From positions 248,001-312,000 of the IMG/VR virus record IMGVR_UViG_3300031884_000002: 64,000 bases of DNA. One strand, 5' to 3'. Below, one piece after another: positions 21,096-30,801 of the stretch; position 1 is the stretch's first letter; the number at the start of each line of letters is the position of its first letter. The notes under the pieces were generated by a model. That model did not search any database and was not told where the DNA came from. It saw only the letters and a program-made list of their open reading frames with translations. The position numbers and the translations under genes are program-made.

Positions 21096-22322
21096 ATGTC
21101 ATATATCAATAACTTCAATGTCAAATATGCAGATTCTCCTAACATGGATGCATTTCAACGGTTGCGTGTTAGCGAAGGAGTAACTTTATTTGATAGTAAG
21201 TTTTTAAGAGATACTGGTTCGATTAACTGGAATACATTAATTACTAATAATGCAACTGCATCATTTTGGTCGTCATCTGTGTTATTACTTGCATCTAGTT
21301 CTGTAGCTGCTCCCGCATCGGTTATTAGGCAAAGTCGTCGCCGTTTTAATTATCAATCGGGAAAAAGTAATTTAGCAATTTGTACTGCTAATTTCGTAGC
21401 TCAAGATGTAAACACTATAAAACGTGTTGGATATTTCGACCAAAACAACGGAGTTTATTTTGTATATACTGGAAGTCAATTTGGAGTAGGATATAGAAAT
21501 AACGGAAATGATATATTTATATCACAATCAGCATGGAATATGGATACCTATAATGGGTTAGGTGCATCCGGCAATAGTTTAAACATTACAGCTTCCCAGA
21601 TTTATTTTACTGATTTAGAATGGCTTGGAGTAGGACGTGTTAGATGGGGAATATTTCAGGGTGGTATTCCAACTTACGTTCACCAATTAACTAATATTAA
21701 TGCATTGCCATATACCAATCCGGTTTATATAGCAAGTCCAAACAATCCAATAAGATACGAATTGATTAATTCGGGAAGTGTAACTTCTTCATTCGTTCAG
21801 ATTTGTTCTACTGTAATCAGCGAAGGAGGTATTCAATTAACCGGTCCAACCTTGGGGGTTGATAACGGAGCATTTCCAGCTTATGTGGCATCTGGAAGTT
21901 ATAATGCTGTATTAGCATTACAATATCAAACAAGTTCTTTTTTAAATGAAACCATAATTCCACAACATTTAAGTATAGTATGTCCTAATACAACTGCAAT
22001 TTTAAAATGGTCTCTATTGTTAAATCCAAATATCACTGGGTCTGCATTGACATATTCGGTAGTTCCCAATAGTACATTGCAGTATTCGACATGTTCTATA
22101 AATAATACAATATTAAATGAAGGAACTAAAATTTCAAGCGGATATACTAATGCGTACTATCCTGAAATATTGATATCATATGATCCAAGTCTTGGAATTG
22201 GTTCCAGTGTTACTGGATCGATAAGTGATACATTAGTTTTAGCAGTTGCTAATTACACATCAGGGTCAACGGCAAATACGGCAAGTATATTTGCGTCAAT
22301 TACATGGCAAGAAACAATATAA
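21096..22322 (+). CDS. virion structural protein (lectin/concanavalin-like fold)
   Basis: DAFQRLRVS..TLFDS, RQSRRRFNYQSGKS, DLEWLGVGRVRWG motifs of a widespread phage structural family; start moved to ATG 21096, 3 nt after TATTTATA. Confidence 0.6.
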   Translation: MSYINNFNVKYADSPNMDAFQRLRVSEGVTLFDSKFLRDTGSINWNTLITNNATASFWSSSVLLLASSSVAAPASVIRQSRRRFNYQSGKSNLAICTANFVAQDVNTIKRVGYFDQNNGVYFVYTGSQFGVGYRNNGNDIFISQSAWNMDTYNGLGASGNSLNITASQIYFTDLEWLGVGRVRWGIFQGGIPTYVHQLTNINALPYTNPVYIASPNNPIRYELINSGSVTSSFVQICSTVISEGGIQLTGPTLGVDNGAFPAYVASGSYNAVLALQYQTSSFLNETIIPQHLSIVCPNTTAILKWSLLLNPNITGSALTYSVVPNSTLQYSTCSINNTILNEGTKISSGYTNAYYPEILISYDPSLGIGSSVTGSISDTLVLAVANYTSGSTANTASIFASITWQETI

Positions 22323-22337
22323 TAGAAAGAAATTAAA

Positions 22338-22631
22338 ATGATACCATTATTAACTCCAATAACTCCTCCGTCACCAACATTTGATTCAGTATGGATTACT
22401 TCATTAAATATAAATGCATATAATCCTCAGCAGCCGGTAACGGCGAATGTTATTGTATGTCCTATGAGTACTGCTACACAAACATTAAATACTAACTTGA
22501 GTGTTAATGTACAGATACCAGATTTATTTGCTTTAGCCGCTAGTAATAATTATATTGCAAATACAATGGGTTCAATATTTGCATATGTTTCCGACCAGAT
22601 TGCAAGTGGAAGTATAGTATTTCCAACTTAA
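22338..22631 (+). CDS. small virion/fibre-associated protein (paralog 1)
   Basis: 97 aa; aligns with 22637..22930 (WIxxLxI..P..P..A; IPD; MxxIFxYV). Confidence 0.6.
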   Translation: MIPLLTPITPPSPTFDSVWITSLNINAYNPQQPVTANVIVCPMSTATQTLNTNLSVNVQIPDLFALAASNNYIANTMGSIFAYVSDQIASGSIVFPT

Positions 22632-22636
22632 CAACT

Positions 22637-22930
22637 ATGATAACTCCAACTAACGCAACCATACAACCATCTATTACTTATACTGGTATTTGGGTTAAAA
22701 ATATTAGTATTGTAGCAGCATCTCCAAATTCTCCAATGCAAGCCACAATACAGATATCTCCATATGATCCAATAAGTGGATTGGTATCTCCAATATTAAA
22801 GCAGATTTTTATACCTGATATAGTTGCGATATCACAAGGAACATCGGCAAGTTCGATGTATGTTTCTCAATCGATGATAAATATATTTGGATATATTCAA
22901 CACCAAGTTATTAGCCAGAGCTTGTTTTGA
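22637..22930 (+). CDS. small virion/fibre-associated protein (paralog 2)
   Basis: 97 aa tandem paralog of the preceding gene. Confidence 0.6.
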   Translation: MITPTNATIQPSITYTGIWVKNISIVAASPNSPMQATIQISPYDPISGLVSPILKQIFIPDIVAISQGTSASSMYVSQSMINIFGYIQHQVISQSLF

Positions 22931-23305
22931 TTATTTACGATATATTTGTTGATGGGGCTTGTCTCGTATAAAAGGTTTCATCTCTTCCGATTTAAGAGCC
23001 AATAAAAATGATTCTTTCCAAGAAAGTTCAACTGGATTGCCGACTTCATTCAATGTTTTACTTTCATTGTGTATTTTAGAAGCTAAACTTCTCCATTTAG
23101 AAGCGGCTTTCTTTCTATGATTTTCTTTATCTACTCCGTGATTATTTCTAAAATGTATTTCAAATTGTAATCTAGAATTATCTAACGGGAACATTACAGT
23201 TATAATTCTATCTCCTTCGTATAATATATAATTTTTATTTAATTTACTATATTCTTCATTTATTACTTGAGCTACAGTAGATTTAATTGTTTCTAAAATA
23301 TTCAT
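22931..23305 (-). CDS. hypothetical protein, putative internal head protein
   Basis: start moved to ATG 23305 (MNILETIKSTVAQVINEE), 4 nt after TATTTATA motif. Confidence 0.6.
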   Translation of the reverse strand: MNILETIKSTVAQVINEEYSKLNKNYILYEGDRIITVMFPLDNSRLQFEIHFRNNHGVDKENHRKKAASKWRSLASKIHNESKTLNEVGNPVELSWKESFLLALKSEEMKPFIRDKPHQQIYRK

Positions 23306-23395
23306 TATATATAAATATAACACATATAAATGACTACTAAAAATATTTTCATTTTCTTCGACTTTTTATTCTACGACATTATATGTATATAGTGT

Positions 23396-24364
23396 ATGAA
23401 TAAACAACAATTAAATAAGAAAAAAGTTATATGGGAAGAAAAAAACTTAACAGAACAATCGAAGAACTCCGAATCGCCCGCCGAATTAGACAACAACGAT
23501 TTTATAATAAACACAAAGAACGACTCAATGCCGAAACAATGCGAAAATATTGGGAAAATAAAAAAAATAAATTGGAATAATCCAGTAGAAGTAAAAGAAA
23601 GACAACAATTATATAATCAAAAAAATAAAGAAAAAATTAAATTACAACGTCGTTTATATTATATAAATAACAAACAAAAAGAAATTGAATATGCTAATAA
23701 ATATAATTCCGAAAATAAAGAAAAAATAAAAGAAGCCCGTAAATTAAATAAACATAGAACAAAAGAATATGATTCTAAATATAGACTAAAAAATAGAGAA
23801 AAAATTAAATTACGACAAAGATTTGATTATAAAATAAATACTAAAAAATATTTAGAAAAAGCTCATAGATATAATATAAATCACAGAGAAAAAATAAATA
23901 ATAATGCGAAAATATATAGAAAAATAATAAAAAATAAAGAAAACCGAAAAATATATAATAGAAATTATAATAGAATTAAAAATGTATTAGACGTAGAATA
24001 TAAAATAAAACATAGACTTAGAAATAGGTTGAATAAAATGATACATCGAAACAATAGAACAGCCTCAGCAATTAGCGATTTGGGATGTTCGATGGAAAAA
24101 TTTAAAAAATACATCGAAAGTAAATTTAAACCGGGAATGACTTGGGATAATTATGGAAACAATGGATGGCATTTTGACCATATACGTCCATTAGTATCAT
24201 TTAACTTAACTATTAAAGAAGAATTATTAGAGGCAGTTAATTATACTAATTTACAGCCGTTATGGGCGACAAGTGAAATAGCAAGAAAACACGGAGATAT
24301 GAGTTCAATAGGAAATTTAGAAAAAGGAAATAAAATCATTCTGGGTAAGATACTTCAAATGTAG
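23396..24364 (+). CDS. HNH/endonuclease VII-like homing endonuclease
   Basis: basic helical repeats then LGCS..FKKYIESKFKPGMTWDNYG..WHFDHIRP..NYTNLQPLW..NLEK; true start may be ATG 23528. Confidence 0.8.
   Translation: MNKQQLNKKKVIWEEKNLTEQSKNSESPAELDNNDFIINTKNDSMPKQCENIGKIKKINWNNPVEVKERQQLYNQKNKEKIKLQRRLYYINNKQKEIEYANKYNSENKEKIKEARKLNKHRTKEYDSKYRLKNREKIKLRQRFDYKINTKKYLEKAHRYNINHREKINNNAKIYRKIIKNKENRKIYNRNYNRIKNVLDVEYKIKHRLRNRLNKMIHRNNRTASAISDLGCSMEKFKKYIESKFKPGMTWDNYGNNGWHFDHIRPLVSFNLTIKEELLEAVNYTNLQPLWATSEIARKHGDMSSIGNLEKGNKIILGKILQM
23431..23580 (+). CDS. small basic helical protein overlapping the HNH gene 5' end in another frame
   Basis: ATG 23431-TAA 23580: MGRKKLNRTIEELRIARRIRQQRFYNKHKERLNAETMRKYWENKKNKLE; not in the ORF track. 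Confidence 0.55.
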   Translation: MGRKKLNRTIEELRIARRIRQQRFYNKHKERLNAETMRKYWENKKNKLE

Positions 24365-25157
24365 GATTATTTTCAATAAATAACTTCATTCTATCGTATA
24401 GACTATTATTTATTTTATTATAACTATCTTCACTTATTTCACCCGTTCTATCATCTGAATATTCTGGGGTTTCTTCATCGGAATATGTATTTGGAATTTC
24501 TGGTTTATTTTTTACTGCCGGAACAATTCTTTTAGGTTCTTGTTTATATTTTGGTCTTATTTTTGTAACTGGTTCCAACGTATCTTCTGGAGAAGTGTGA
24601 TCATCCTCTGGGCTGGGTGAGTCACTTGTTACTGGTTTTATTGCTTTTTGTTTATTTTTTTGAATAGATTTTTCAACTGATTTTTGTTGATTGTATTCTG
24701 GCTCAGGTGCTTTAACTCCAGTATCTAAATGGGAGCCTAGACTTATTAAGTGCTTACAAATTCCAATATTTGACTCGTTAAAATTTTTAGGTCGTTGCCC
24801 GTTATTAGTTGACAGTGCGGTTGAACCTATAGGTGCTACTCCTTGTTTATTTAAACCATAGGCATACTTGTATTTAAAATCGGGGCAGGAACACTCGCAT
24901 ATACAATTAACATCTTCTAAACTATTATGTTTTTTAATATCATCATTATAAAATTGTATATAACCTTTGTGCCGGTTGCCCGTGGTAGAAGGATTTGATT
25001 TATATGAAAAAACCATTCTTTCTTGATTGTCTCCAGATTGAACTGATAAATTTTTACTTGAAACTGTTTTAGCCCTATCAATACGTTTAGGATCGGAATG
25101 ACCTAGAAGATCTCTAAATGACATTTTTTCCAATAATAAATCTTTTAATTTAATCAT
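24336..25157 (-). CDS. SWIM zinc-finger protein, putative internal head protein
   Basis: CSCPDF...GICKHL (CxC..CxH); N-terminal MIKLKDLLLE. Confidence 0.65.
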   Translation of the reverse strand: MIKLKDLLLEKMSFRDLLGHSDPKRIDRAKTVSSKNLSVQSGDNQERMVFSYKSNPSTTGNRHKGYIQFYNDDIKKHNSLEDVNCICECSCPDFKYKYAYGLNKQGVAPIGSTALSTNNGQRPKNFNESNIGICKHLISLGSHLDTGVKAPEPEYNQQKSVEKSIQKNKQKAIKPVTSDSPSPEDDHTSPEDTLEPVTKIRPKYKQEPKRIVPAVKNKPEIPNTYSDEETPEYSDDRTGEISEDSYNKINNSLYDRMKLFIENNPTFEVSYPE

Positions 25158-25161
25158 AATA

Positions 25162-25169
25162 TATAAATA
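25162..25169 (-). promoter_or_regulatory. TATTTATA putative late promoter (representative - strand copy)
   Basis: also at 23310, 25588, 26420, 29775, 41495, 44620, 46996, 51316, 53795, 59841, 61236 upstream of - genes. Confidence 0.65.
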
Positions 25170-25577
25170 TCATGCGGCAACCAAAGAAGGATGTTCCCAG
25201 AGAGTTAATTCATGTTCGCCATCATCGACTAATTTTATTGTGTGTGCTAATCCTTCATCTCCGATAATATATGCAAGTTTTTCTATTTCTCTAAGTTGAA
25301 ATGATTTAAGTTTTGGAATAGAATTATTTCCTCTTATATATAATTCATCGGTTCCTCCCATCCATATCAACATTAAATATCCGAGTTTATTTAAATCATT
25401 ATATACATCATCTATTCTGTCGGCTAATTCACCGTAATCATAATTTCCATATTTATTTTTTAAAACATTTTCTGCCGCCCAACTAACGTGGTCATCAACT
25501 ACAAATAAATTACCATGAGGGTCGAGAATATATCTTTCTTCTCTGGATTCTAATAGAAGTCGTTTAAGTTTAATCAT
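25170..25577 (-). CDS. hypothetical protein, putative internal head protein
   Basis: 135 aa; N-terminal MIKLKRLLLE. Confidence 0.6.
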   Translation of the reverse strand: MIKLKRLLLESREERYILDPHGNLFVVDDHVSWAAENVLKNKYGNYDYGELADRIDDVYNDLNKLGYLMLIWMGGTDELYIRGNNSIPKLKSFQLREIEKLAYIIGDEGLAHTIKLVDDGEHELTLWEHPSLVAA

Positions 25578-25601
25578 ATGATACTATTATAAATATAAAA
25601 T

Positions 25602-26363
25602 TTATAATTGTTCCTTTAATTTAGACCTATGATATTTTACAGCAAATGTAGATATATTATATTTTTCTGCTATTTGAGGAATACTTAATATTTTGGATTT
25701 TATATCATTTATTAAATCATTTTTACAGATTTTCATTCTAAGTTTGGCGTCATTTGCTTTTTGTTTATTTTTTTCAGACATAGCCCCACGTTTTATTCCT
25801 TTGGTTTTGCTTGGATTACTATAATTCATTTTTCGATTTGCTAACATTGTTCTTCTTTCGTCGAATTTAATTTGGCCTTGCTCTGCTCCATATTTATTTA
25901 TAAACCAATCTAATGTAAATCTTCCTTTTGCTTTGTCTTTTTGTTTTTTTAATGCCTCCTCACTATGAGTTCGTCCAAACATAGGATTTCCTTCACCAGA
26001 ACATATGTCACTCATTTTTTCTATAAACGCATCTCTATTTGGATTATATGTTATGTTATCTCCTCCACTTGCTATATGACATATATTATATCCGATTCCT
26101 CTTATATGTGGCTTAAATATATCCAAATAATATTGTTCTCGCTCGAATAGTTTTTCCTGTATTGGTTCTACTTTTTCTAATATTAGAAAACTAAATTTAT
26201 CTTCTCCGTAAAAGTTCCAAGAATGTTGTAATTTTGGGTTTGTATGAATATTTAATTTCAATTCTCTTTTATGGTCGTACCATCGTCTATCTATATCTTT
26301 AGCACTTCCGATATAAAATTTACCAGTTATTTCGTTTGTTATTTTATATATTCCACTTTTCAT
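25602..26363 (-). CDS. GIY-YIG homing endonuclease with NUMOD3
   Basis: SGIYKITN..KFYIGSA..R..H; EREQYYLD; GYN; NPMFGRTHSEE. Confidence 0.9.
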   Translation of the reverse strand: MKSGIYKITNEITGKFYIGSAKDIDRRWYDHKRELKLNIHTNPKLQHSWNFYGEDKFSFLILEKVEPIQEKLFEREQYYLDIFKPHIRGIGYNICHIASGGDNITYNPNRDAFIEKMSDICSGEGNPMFGRTHSEEALKKQKDKAKGRFTLDWFINKYGAEQGQIKFDERRTMLANRKMNYSNPSKTKGIKRGAMSEKNKQKANDAKLRMKICKNDLINDIKSKILSIPQIAEKYNISTFAVKYHRSKLKEQL

Positions 26364-26429
26364 ATACCATATATATCAGAATTTTATTAAATAATCAAGT
26401 TATTTTAATAATATGTTAATATAAATAAT

Positions 26430-26460
26430 AAAAAAGCCCTTCCAGTTATGGAAGGGCTTT
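26430..26460 (-). terminator. rho-independent terminator after major capsid gene
   Basis: stem AAAGCCCTTCCA-loop-TGGAAGGGCTTT followed by a T-run on the - strand. Confidence 0.85.
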
Positions 26461-26478
26461 GTGTTAAATGACTTATGA

Positions 26479-28206
26479 TTAGATCAAGTTAGCATCAGAT
26501 ACCAGTATGATCCCATAAAATTCGGGCCGGACTAGTTTCTTAGCGTAGCGGGTCATTACCCCCCTGCGAGGGGTAAAATTAATTGGATCATACACCAATG
26601 GAGTTTGAATCAAAGGAATATATGGAGAATAAACTGCACCAGTCTCCAAGAAGTTATTACCTCTAAAGCCCATCAAGATCAAGTTTTCTTGCATGTATGG
26701 GTTTTTATATACTTGGAATCTGCTTGCGAATGCTCCAACTTTGGAAACACCCATTGCAAACTTAGCAGAATCACCATCCGTATTAACTACAAATCCGGGA
26801 ATGGATTCCAAGATAGTAGCAACCGTTGGTCCCACGACCATGAAGTTAGCACCACCACGGAGAGTTAATTGATGAATACTATTGGAGATCTTTTGAATCT
26901 TTTGTCCAAGAGTTTGATACCAACTTGATTTGGTGTAGTAACCGAAACCTGCACCAGCGTTAGCAGCCGTTGAGTTATCAATAATCTGATAGCTATTCGC
27001 ACCAGTCTTGATAATATCACGATTGATCTTAGCACTCCAACGTTCCTTGTTGATGTTAGGAGCGCCGTTAATTAACATGTCAAGGATTTCGAGATCGATT
27101 TCCATTGATACATATTCCGACAATAATGCTGTTAATTCTGCTTCGGCATCGACAGAGTGATAAGCATTTAAATCTTGAGCCAATTCAGGAGTCCAAACGG
27201 CTTTCAATTTACGAGTTTTAGCAACAATAGGCTCACTATTCAATTGCAAGTTGATTTCGGGAATACCTATATCTTTATGCAATCCAGTAGAAGTACCACC
27301 AGCATCAGCAGAACCTTCAGTACCATGATCTTCGAAATCACCACGAGAGGTTGGCTCAGGTTGTAATGAGAAGTTAATGGTTGCTGGAGAAGTAATACCA
27401 GATCCACTAACAACGAAAATTAAATCATTAGGAGTATATCCACCATCATTAGGAGTAATGGTTGCACGAGTGAAACCGGGATAGTAGTTCAAAATACCAG
27501 AACCACTAACAGTAAACGAACGGATCGCCGATACATCAGGATATGATCCAGAATTAATATTGATACCGACACCAAATCCAGTAGTAGTAACTGTGAATAA
27601 TGAACCATTAGCTAAAGACGATGAAATCGCTTGATTAACAGGATCATTCACGTTACCAGTATCAAAATTAATATCAGATACACTTGCAGATGCAACTGTG
27701 ATAGAAGCAGTAGCAAAGTGATCATTGATGCTATATGCATAGCGACCAACACCATATAAACCACCAACAGGTGCATCAGTTGAACCGGATTTTACACCAG
27801 TACCACCGAATAATGATTGATAGTTAGTAGGAGAATCAGCAGTGAACGGACCATTTGACGTACCATACTTGAAGTCCAAATAGAATACTAATCCAGATGG
27901 CAAGTTCATGGGCTGTACGGAAACGAACTCCTTAGCAGCGATTTCAGCGAAAACACGGCGAACCAATGGCAAAGCTACACCAGCCCATTGTTCGGAGTTT
28001 CCTTGTGTGCCAGTAGCAGATGATTCTTCAATCAACTGTTTAGCTTGGTTTTCAAGCAATACTGACATGTTGCTCTTCTCGACTTGATTCTTCAAGCCTT
28101 CTAAGAGACCGGTTTTTTCCCATTTGGTTACTAAACCACGGGTTTCTTGTAACAATCTGGCTTGAGGATTCAAGGCAGAGATTAATAGTTGTTTTACATC
28201 ATTCAT
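26479..28206 (-). CDS. gp23: major capsid protein (T4 gp23-like)
   Basis: KWEKTGLLEGL, LLENQ, LPLVRRVF..SVQPMNLPSGLVFYL, AKTRKLKAVWTPELAQDL, YSPYIPL..FTPRRGVMTRY. Confidence 0.97.
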   Translation of the reverse strand: MNDVKQLLISALNPQARLLQETRGLVTKWEKTGLLEGLKNQVEKSNMSVLLENQAKQLIEESSATGTQGNSEQWAGVALPLVRRVFAEIAAKEFVSVQPMNLPSGLVFYLDFKYGTSNGPFTADSPTNYQSLFGGTGVKSGSTDAPVGGLYGVGRYAYSINDHFATASITVASASVSDINFDTGNVNDPVNQAISSSLANGSLFTVTTTGFGVGININSGSYPDVSAIRSFTVSGSGILNYYPGFTRATITPNDGGYTPNDLIFVVSGSGITSPATINFSLQPEPTSRGDFEDHGTEGSADAGGTSTGLHKDIGIPEINLQLNSEPIVAKTRKLKAVWTPELAQDLNAYHSVDAEAELTALLSEYVSMEIDLEILDMLINGAPNINKERWSAKINRDIIKTGANSYQIIDNSTAANAGAGFGYYTKSSWYQTLGQKIQKISNSIHQLTLRGGANFMVVGPTVATILESIPGFVVNTDGDSAKFAMGVSKVGAFASRFQVYKNPYMQENLILMGFRGNNFLETGAVYSPYIPLIQTPLVYDPINFTPRRGVMTRYAKKLVRPEFYGIILVSDANLI

Positions 28207-28241
28207 ATTATTTATTTTTTAATTCTTGTCTGTTTATTAAG

Positions 28242-29690
28242 TTATTTCTTAAGTTTAATTCCCGCAAGTTCTTGGAATCTTACTTTATCAAACGTATTTT
28301 CGGAAATAATTTCCTTGGTTGTTTGATTTTTACCAGAATTAGCAAGACTACGATCAATTCCTTCAGTTATCGACTGTACTTTGGCGGCAGAAATATTAGA
28401 TTTCTTAGGAGCCGTAGAAACAGGATTTCTATTTCCGAGGAACTTAGATGCAGTTGCATAGTTCATTTTAACTTCACGAATGGTTTTGGCGAGGTCAAAC
28501 ATTTCGACAATTTCCATCTTTTGGTTGTGGCCGATGTTGTGTTCTTTAAACAATCTATTCGTGTATAGAAGTTTAGTATTCAACAAGTTGATCTCATTAA
28601 GTTCATTTTTAAGATAATTAATAGCATCTGATTGCTCTTTAATGGTCTGCTTCAATTTAGAAGTTTCCATACTATCTTTAGTTACTGGTCCTTCATTGGG
28701 ACGTTCTGTTTCAGTAGGGTCAGTTCCTTTATTAACAGTTTTAAATGCTCCAGCATCAGGGAAACCAACCTTAGCATCCGTATGTGCCTTACTTTCTTTG
28801 GTAAGTTTAGGAGTTGACATTTTATTTTTATTCACTGGTCCTTCATTGGGACGCTTTATTCCAATTGTTGGATCTTTTCCGCCAACCGTTTCTCCTTCGG
28901 GAATACCATTATGTACATTAGTAATAGTTTCAATTTTAGAACTGGATGATGCCGCTTTACTTGGTTTATTCGATTTTCCGGGAGCACCAGCAATACCAGA
29001 AGAATCTAATGTAGTATCTTCCATAATACATTCTTCCTCTTCTTCTTTCTTATCTTCTGCTTCGATTTCTTTCTTTAAAGATTCAAGCAATTCATCTAAA
29101 TTAACATCTTCTTCGGAAGGAGCACCACCACTTGGAGGTAATTCACCAGTAGATTCTCCACCTTCAGGAGCACCCTCAAATCCACCTTCAGCACCAGTTT
29201 CACCTTCACCAGAATCAGGAGCAACCACAATAACAGGAGCTTGAACAACCGCAGTTCCGGGAGGAGCAGTTTTACCGGCAGGAGCAGGAGTTGCTGTCGC
29301 AGTAGGCTCGGCACCAGTTTCACCTTCGGGAGAACCACCAAAATCACCTTCAGCACCAGCCGTAGGTTCGGCACCAGCATCGGGAGAAGAAGCATCGGCT
29401 CCTTCAATATCAGATTCTAATTCTTTAATCAATTCGTCAATATCACTTTCTTCGACGGCATCTTCTTTAATTGGATTTTGTCCCAATGTTCTAGTTAATC
29501 TACAAGTTCCAGCAACCGTTTGAACGGCACCAGTTTCCATAGCTTCCTTTTTCAATTTTTCAGCAAATAATGCTTTATAATTTTCGTTAAATTGTTCCGT
29601 GAGAGCAATCTTAGCATTTTGCAATGCAGTGTTACGAACTGCTTTGGCAAGTGCGATTGCATCATTGATTTCGGTTTTTGCGTTAGTCAT
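28242..29690 (-). CDS. prohead scaffold/core protein (gp22-like)
   Basis: directly upstream of MCP; AIALAKAVR..A..NAK.AL.E N-terminus, acidic P/G/A linker, LNEINLLNTKLLY coiled coil, C-terminal RFQELAGI. Confidence 0.8.
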   Translation of the reverse strand: MTNAKTEINDAIALAKAVRNTALQNAKIALTEQFNENYKALFAEKLKKEAMETGAVQTVAGTCRLTRTLGQNPIKEDAVEESDIDELIKELESDIEGADASSPDAGAEPTAGAEGDFGGSPEGETGAEPTATATPAPAGKTAPPGTAVVQAPVIVVAPDSGEGETGAEGGFEGAPEGGESTGELPPSGGAPSEEDVNLDELLESLKKEIEAEDKKEEEEECIMEDTTLDSSGIAGAPGKSNKPSKAASSSSKIETITNVHNGIPEGETVGGKDPTIGIKRPNEGPVNKNKMSTPKLTKESKAHTDAKVGFPDAGAFKTVNKGTDPTETERPNEGPVTKDSMETSKLKQTIKEQSDAINYLKNELNEINLLNTKLLYTNRLFKEHNIGHNQKMEIVEMFDLAKTIREVKMNYATASKFLGNRNPVSTAPKKSNISAAKVQSITEGIDRSLANSGKNQTTKEIISENTFDKVRFQELAGIKLKK

Positions 29691-29827
29691 AAAAGTTTTT
29701 CTTATTCTCTGAAGTTATTAGAACCCCAATAATATTTTTATTTATTATCACTACAAAAGATTGTAGCATTTGAATATAAATATAATTAAAAAAACGAAAA
29801 ATGAAATTATTTTTTATATTTATGTTT

Positions 29828-30430
29828 ATGATATTGAACGAAAATCTAAAAACTCTAATAAAATCAAAGAGATTTCTTACATTGGAGCATAAAAAAAAGT
29901 TATTAAAAATCTTAAAAGAATATAGGATTTTATCGGAAAATGACAATTATATAGGAGCCAGAGATAATATGGAAATGAATGTTATTTCTAAGAAGTTTTC
30001 TACCAATGCAGAGTTTGATAGTTATGTATCACAACATAGAGGATTGGAGATTTTACCAAAAGAACAACAGGCGATTACAAATTATAAAAATATTAAACCC
30101 AGTGAGTTTACCAAGTTTTTTGTGAAATACGAATCAACCGATGAGTTTTCCAATAATACTACAACTATAATTAAAAAATTAAAAGAAGGTGGAAAATGTT
30201 GCTGGACTGCATTTCAGAAGATACAATCTCTAAATGGTTCGGAATCCTCTATTCAGGAAGCTGACGAGATGCCGACACCAGAAAATCAGCCAGCCCCAAA
30301 TCAGCAACCACAAGAACAACCAGAACCTCAAAATGATAAAAAAATTGAAATTGTTAAGAGCATTCCATTCGAAGATGAAATCAAAGGTTCTGAAATAATA
30401 TCGGAGTTTTTGATAAAGTTGGATTTATAA
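29828..30430 (+). CDS. hypothetical protein, putative head protein
   Basis: ORF 29801..30430; in-frame ATG 29828 follows TATTTATG; divergent from scaffold. Confidence 0.6.
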   Translation: MILNENLKTLIKSKRFLTLEHKKKLLKILKEYRILSENDNYIGARDNMEMNVISKKFSTNAEFDSYVSQHRGLEILPKEQQAITNYKNIKPSEFTKFFVKYESTDEFSNNTTTIIKKLKEGGKCCWTAFQKIQSLNGSESSIQEADEMPTPENQPAPNQQPQEQPEPQNDKKIEIVKSIPFEDEIKGSEIISEFLIKLDL

Positions 30431-30445
30431 TTTATATTTATAGTT

Positions 30446-30769
30446 ATGATATTGTTAAGAGAATTGCTATCGGATATGCATCATGAGAAGAAAAACGGCA
30501 TGTTACATGTCGAGGAATGGAAACTTCCTGAAGTAGAATATTTACATAATGTTGGATTTGATTTTTTAGATGATTATAAGATGGGAATTGATAAAAGTCC
30601 GTATTTAACCATTTATAAAAATGAAAACGAAACCGAAGAAAAAGGTAAACCGAAAGTATTTTTTACAGTGGAAGAAAAAGGAAAAAGCAATAAAACATTC
30701 AAAGAGTTTGGAGATGTAATATCATATTTTGATACATTTCCCCAGCATGAGATAGATAAAAGAAAATAA
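30446..30769 (+). CDS. hypothetical protein, putative internal head protein
   Basis: 107 aa; MILLRELL leader, TATTTATA 3 nt upstream. Confidence 0.6.
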   Translation: MILLRELLSDMHHEKKNGMLHVEEWKLPEVEYLHNVGFDFLDDYKMGIDKSPYLTIYKNENETEEKGKPKVFFTVEEKGKSNKTFKEFGDVISYFDTFPQHEIDKRK

Positions 30770-30790
30770 GATAAATCAATACCTGAAACA

Positions 30791-30798
30791 TATTTATA
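30791..30798 (+). promoter_or_regulatory. TATTTATA putative late promoter (representative + strand copy)
   Basis: also at 1362, 11934, 16826, 21085, 30435, 31974, 53863 upstream of + genes. Confidence 0.65.
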
Positions 30799-30801
30799 AC
30801 T

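Noticed and set aside
25602-26478. Group I intron around the GIY-YIG gene
   Set aside because: MCP ends normally with a terminator; no interrupted gene or room for an intron core
28642-29244. 200-aa antisense ORF and other shadow ORFs (e.g. 38887..39354, 52374..52748)
   Set aside because: Antisense to well-supported genes; explained by codon bias; no motifs or signals
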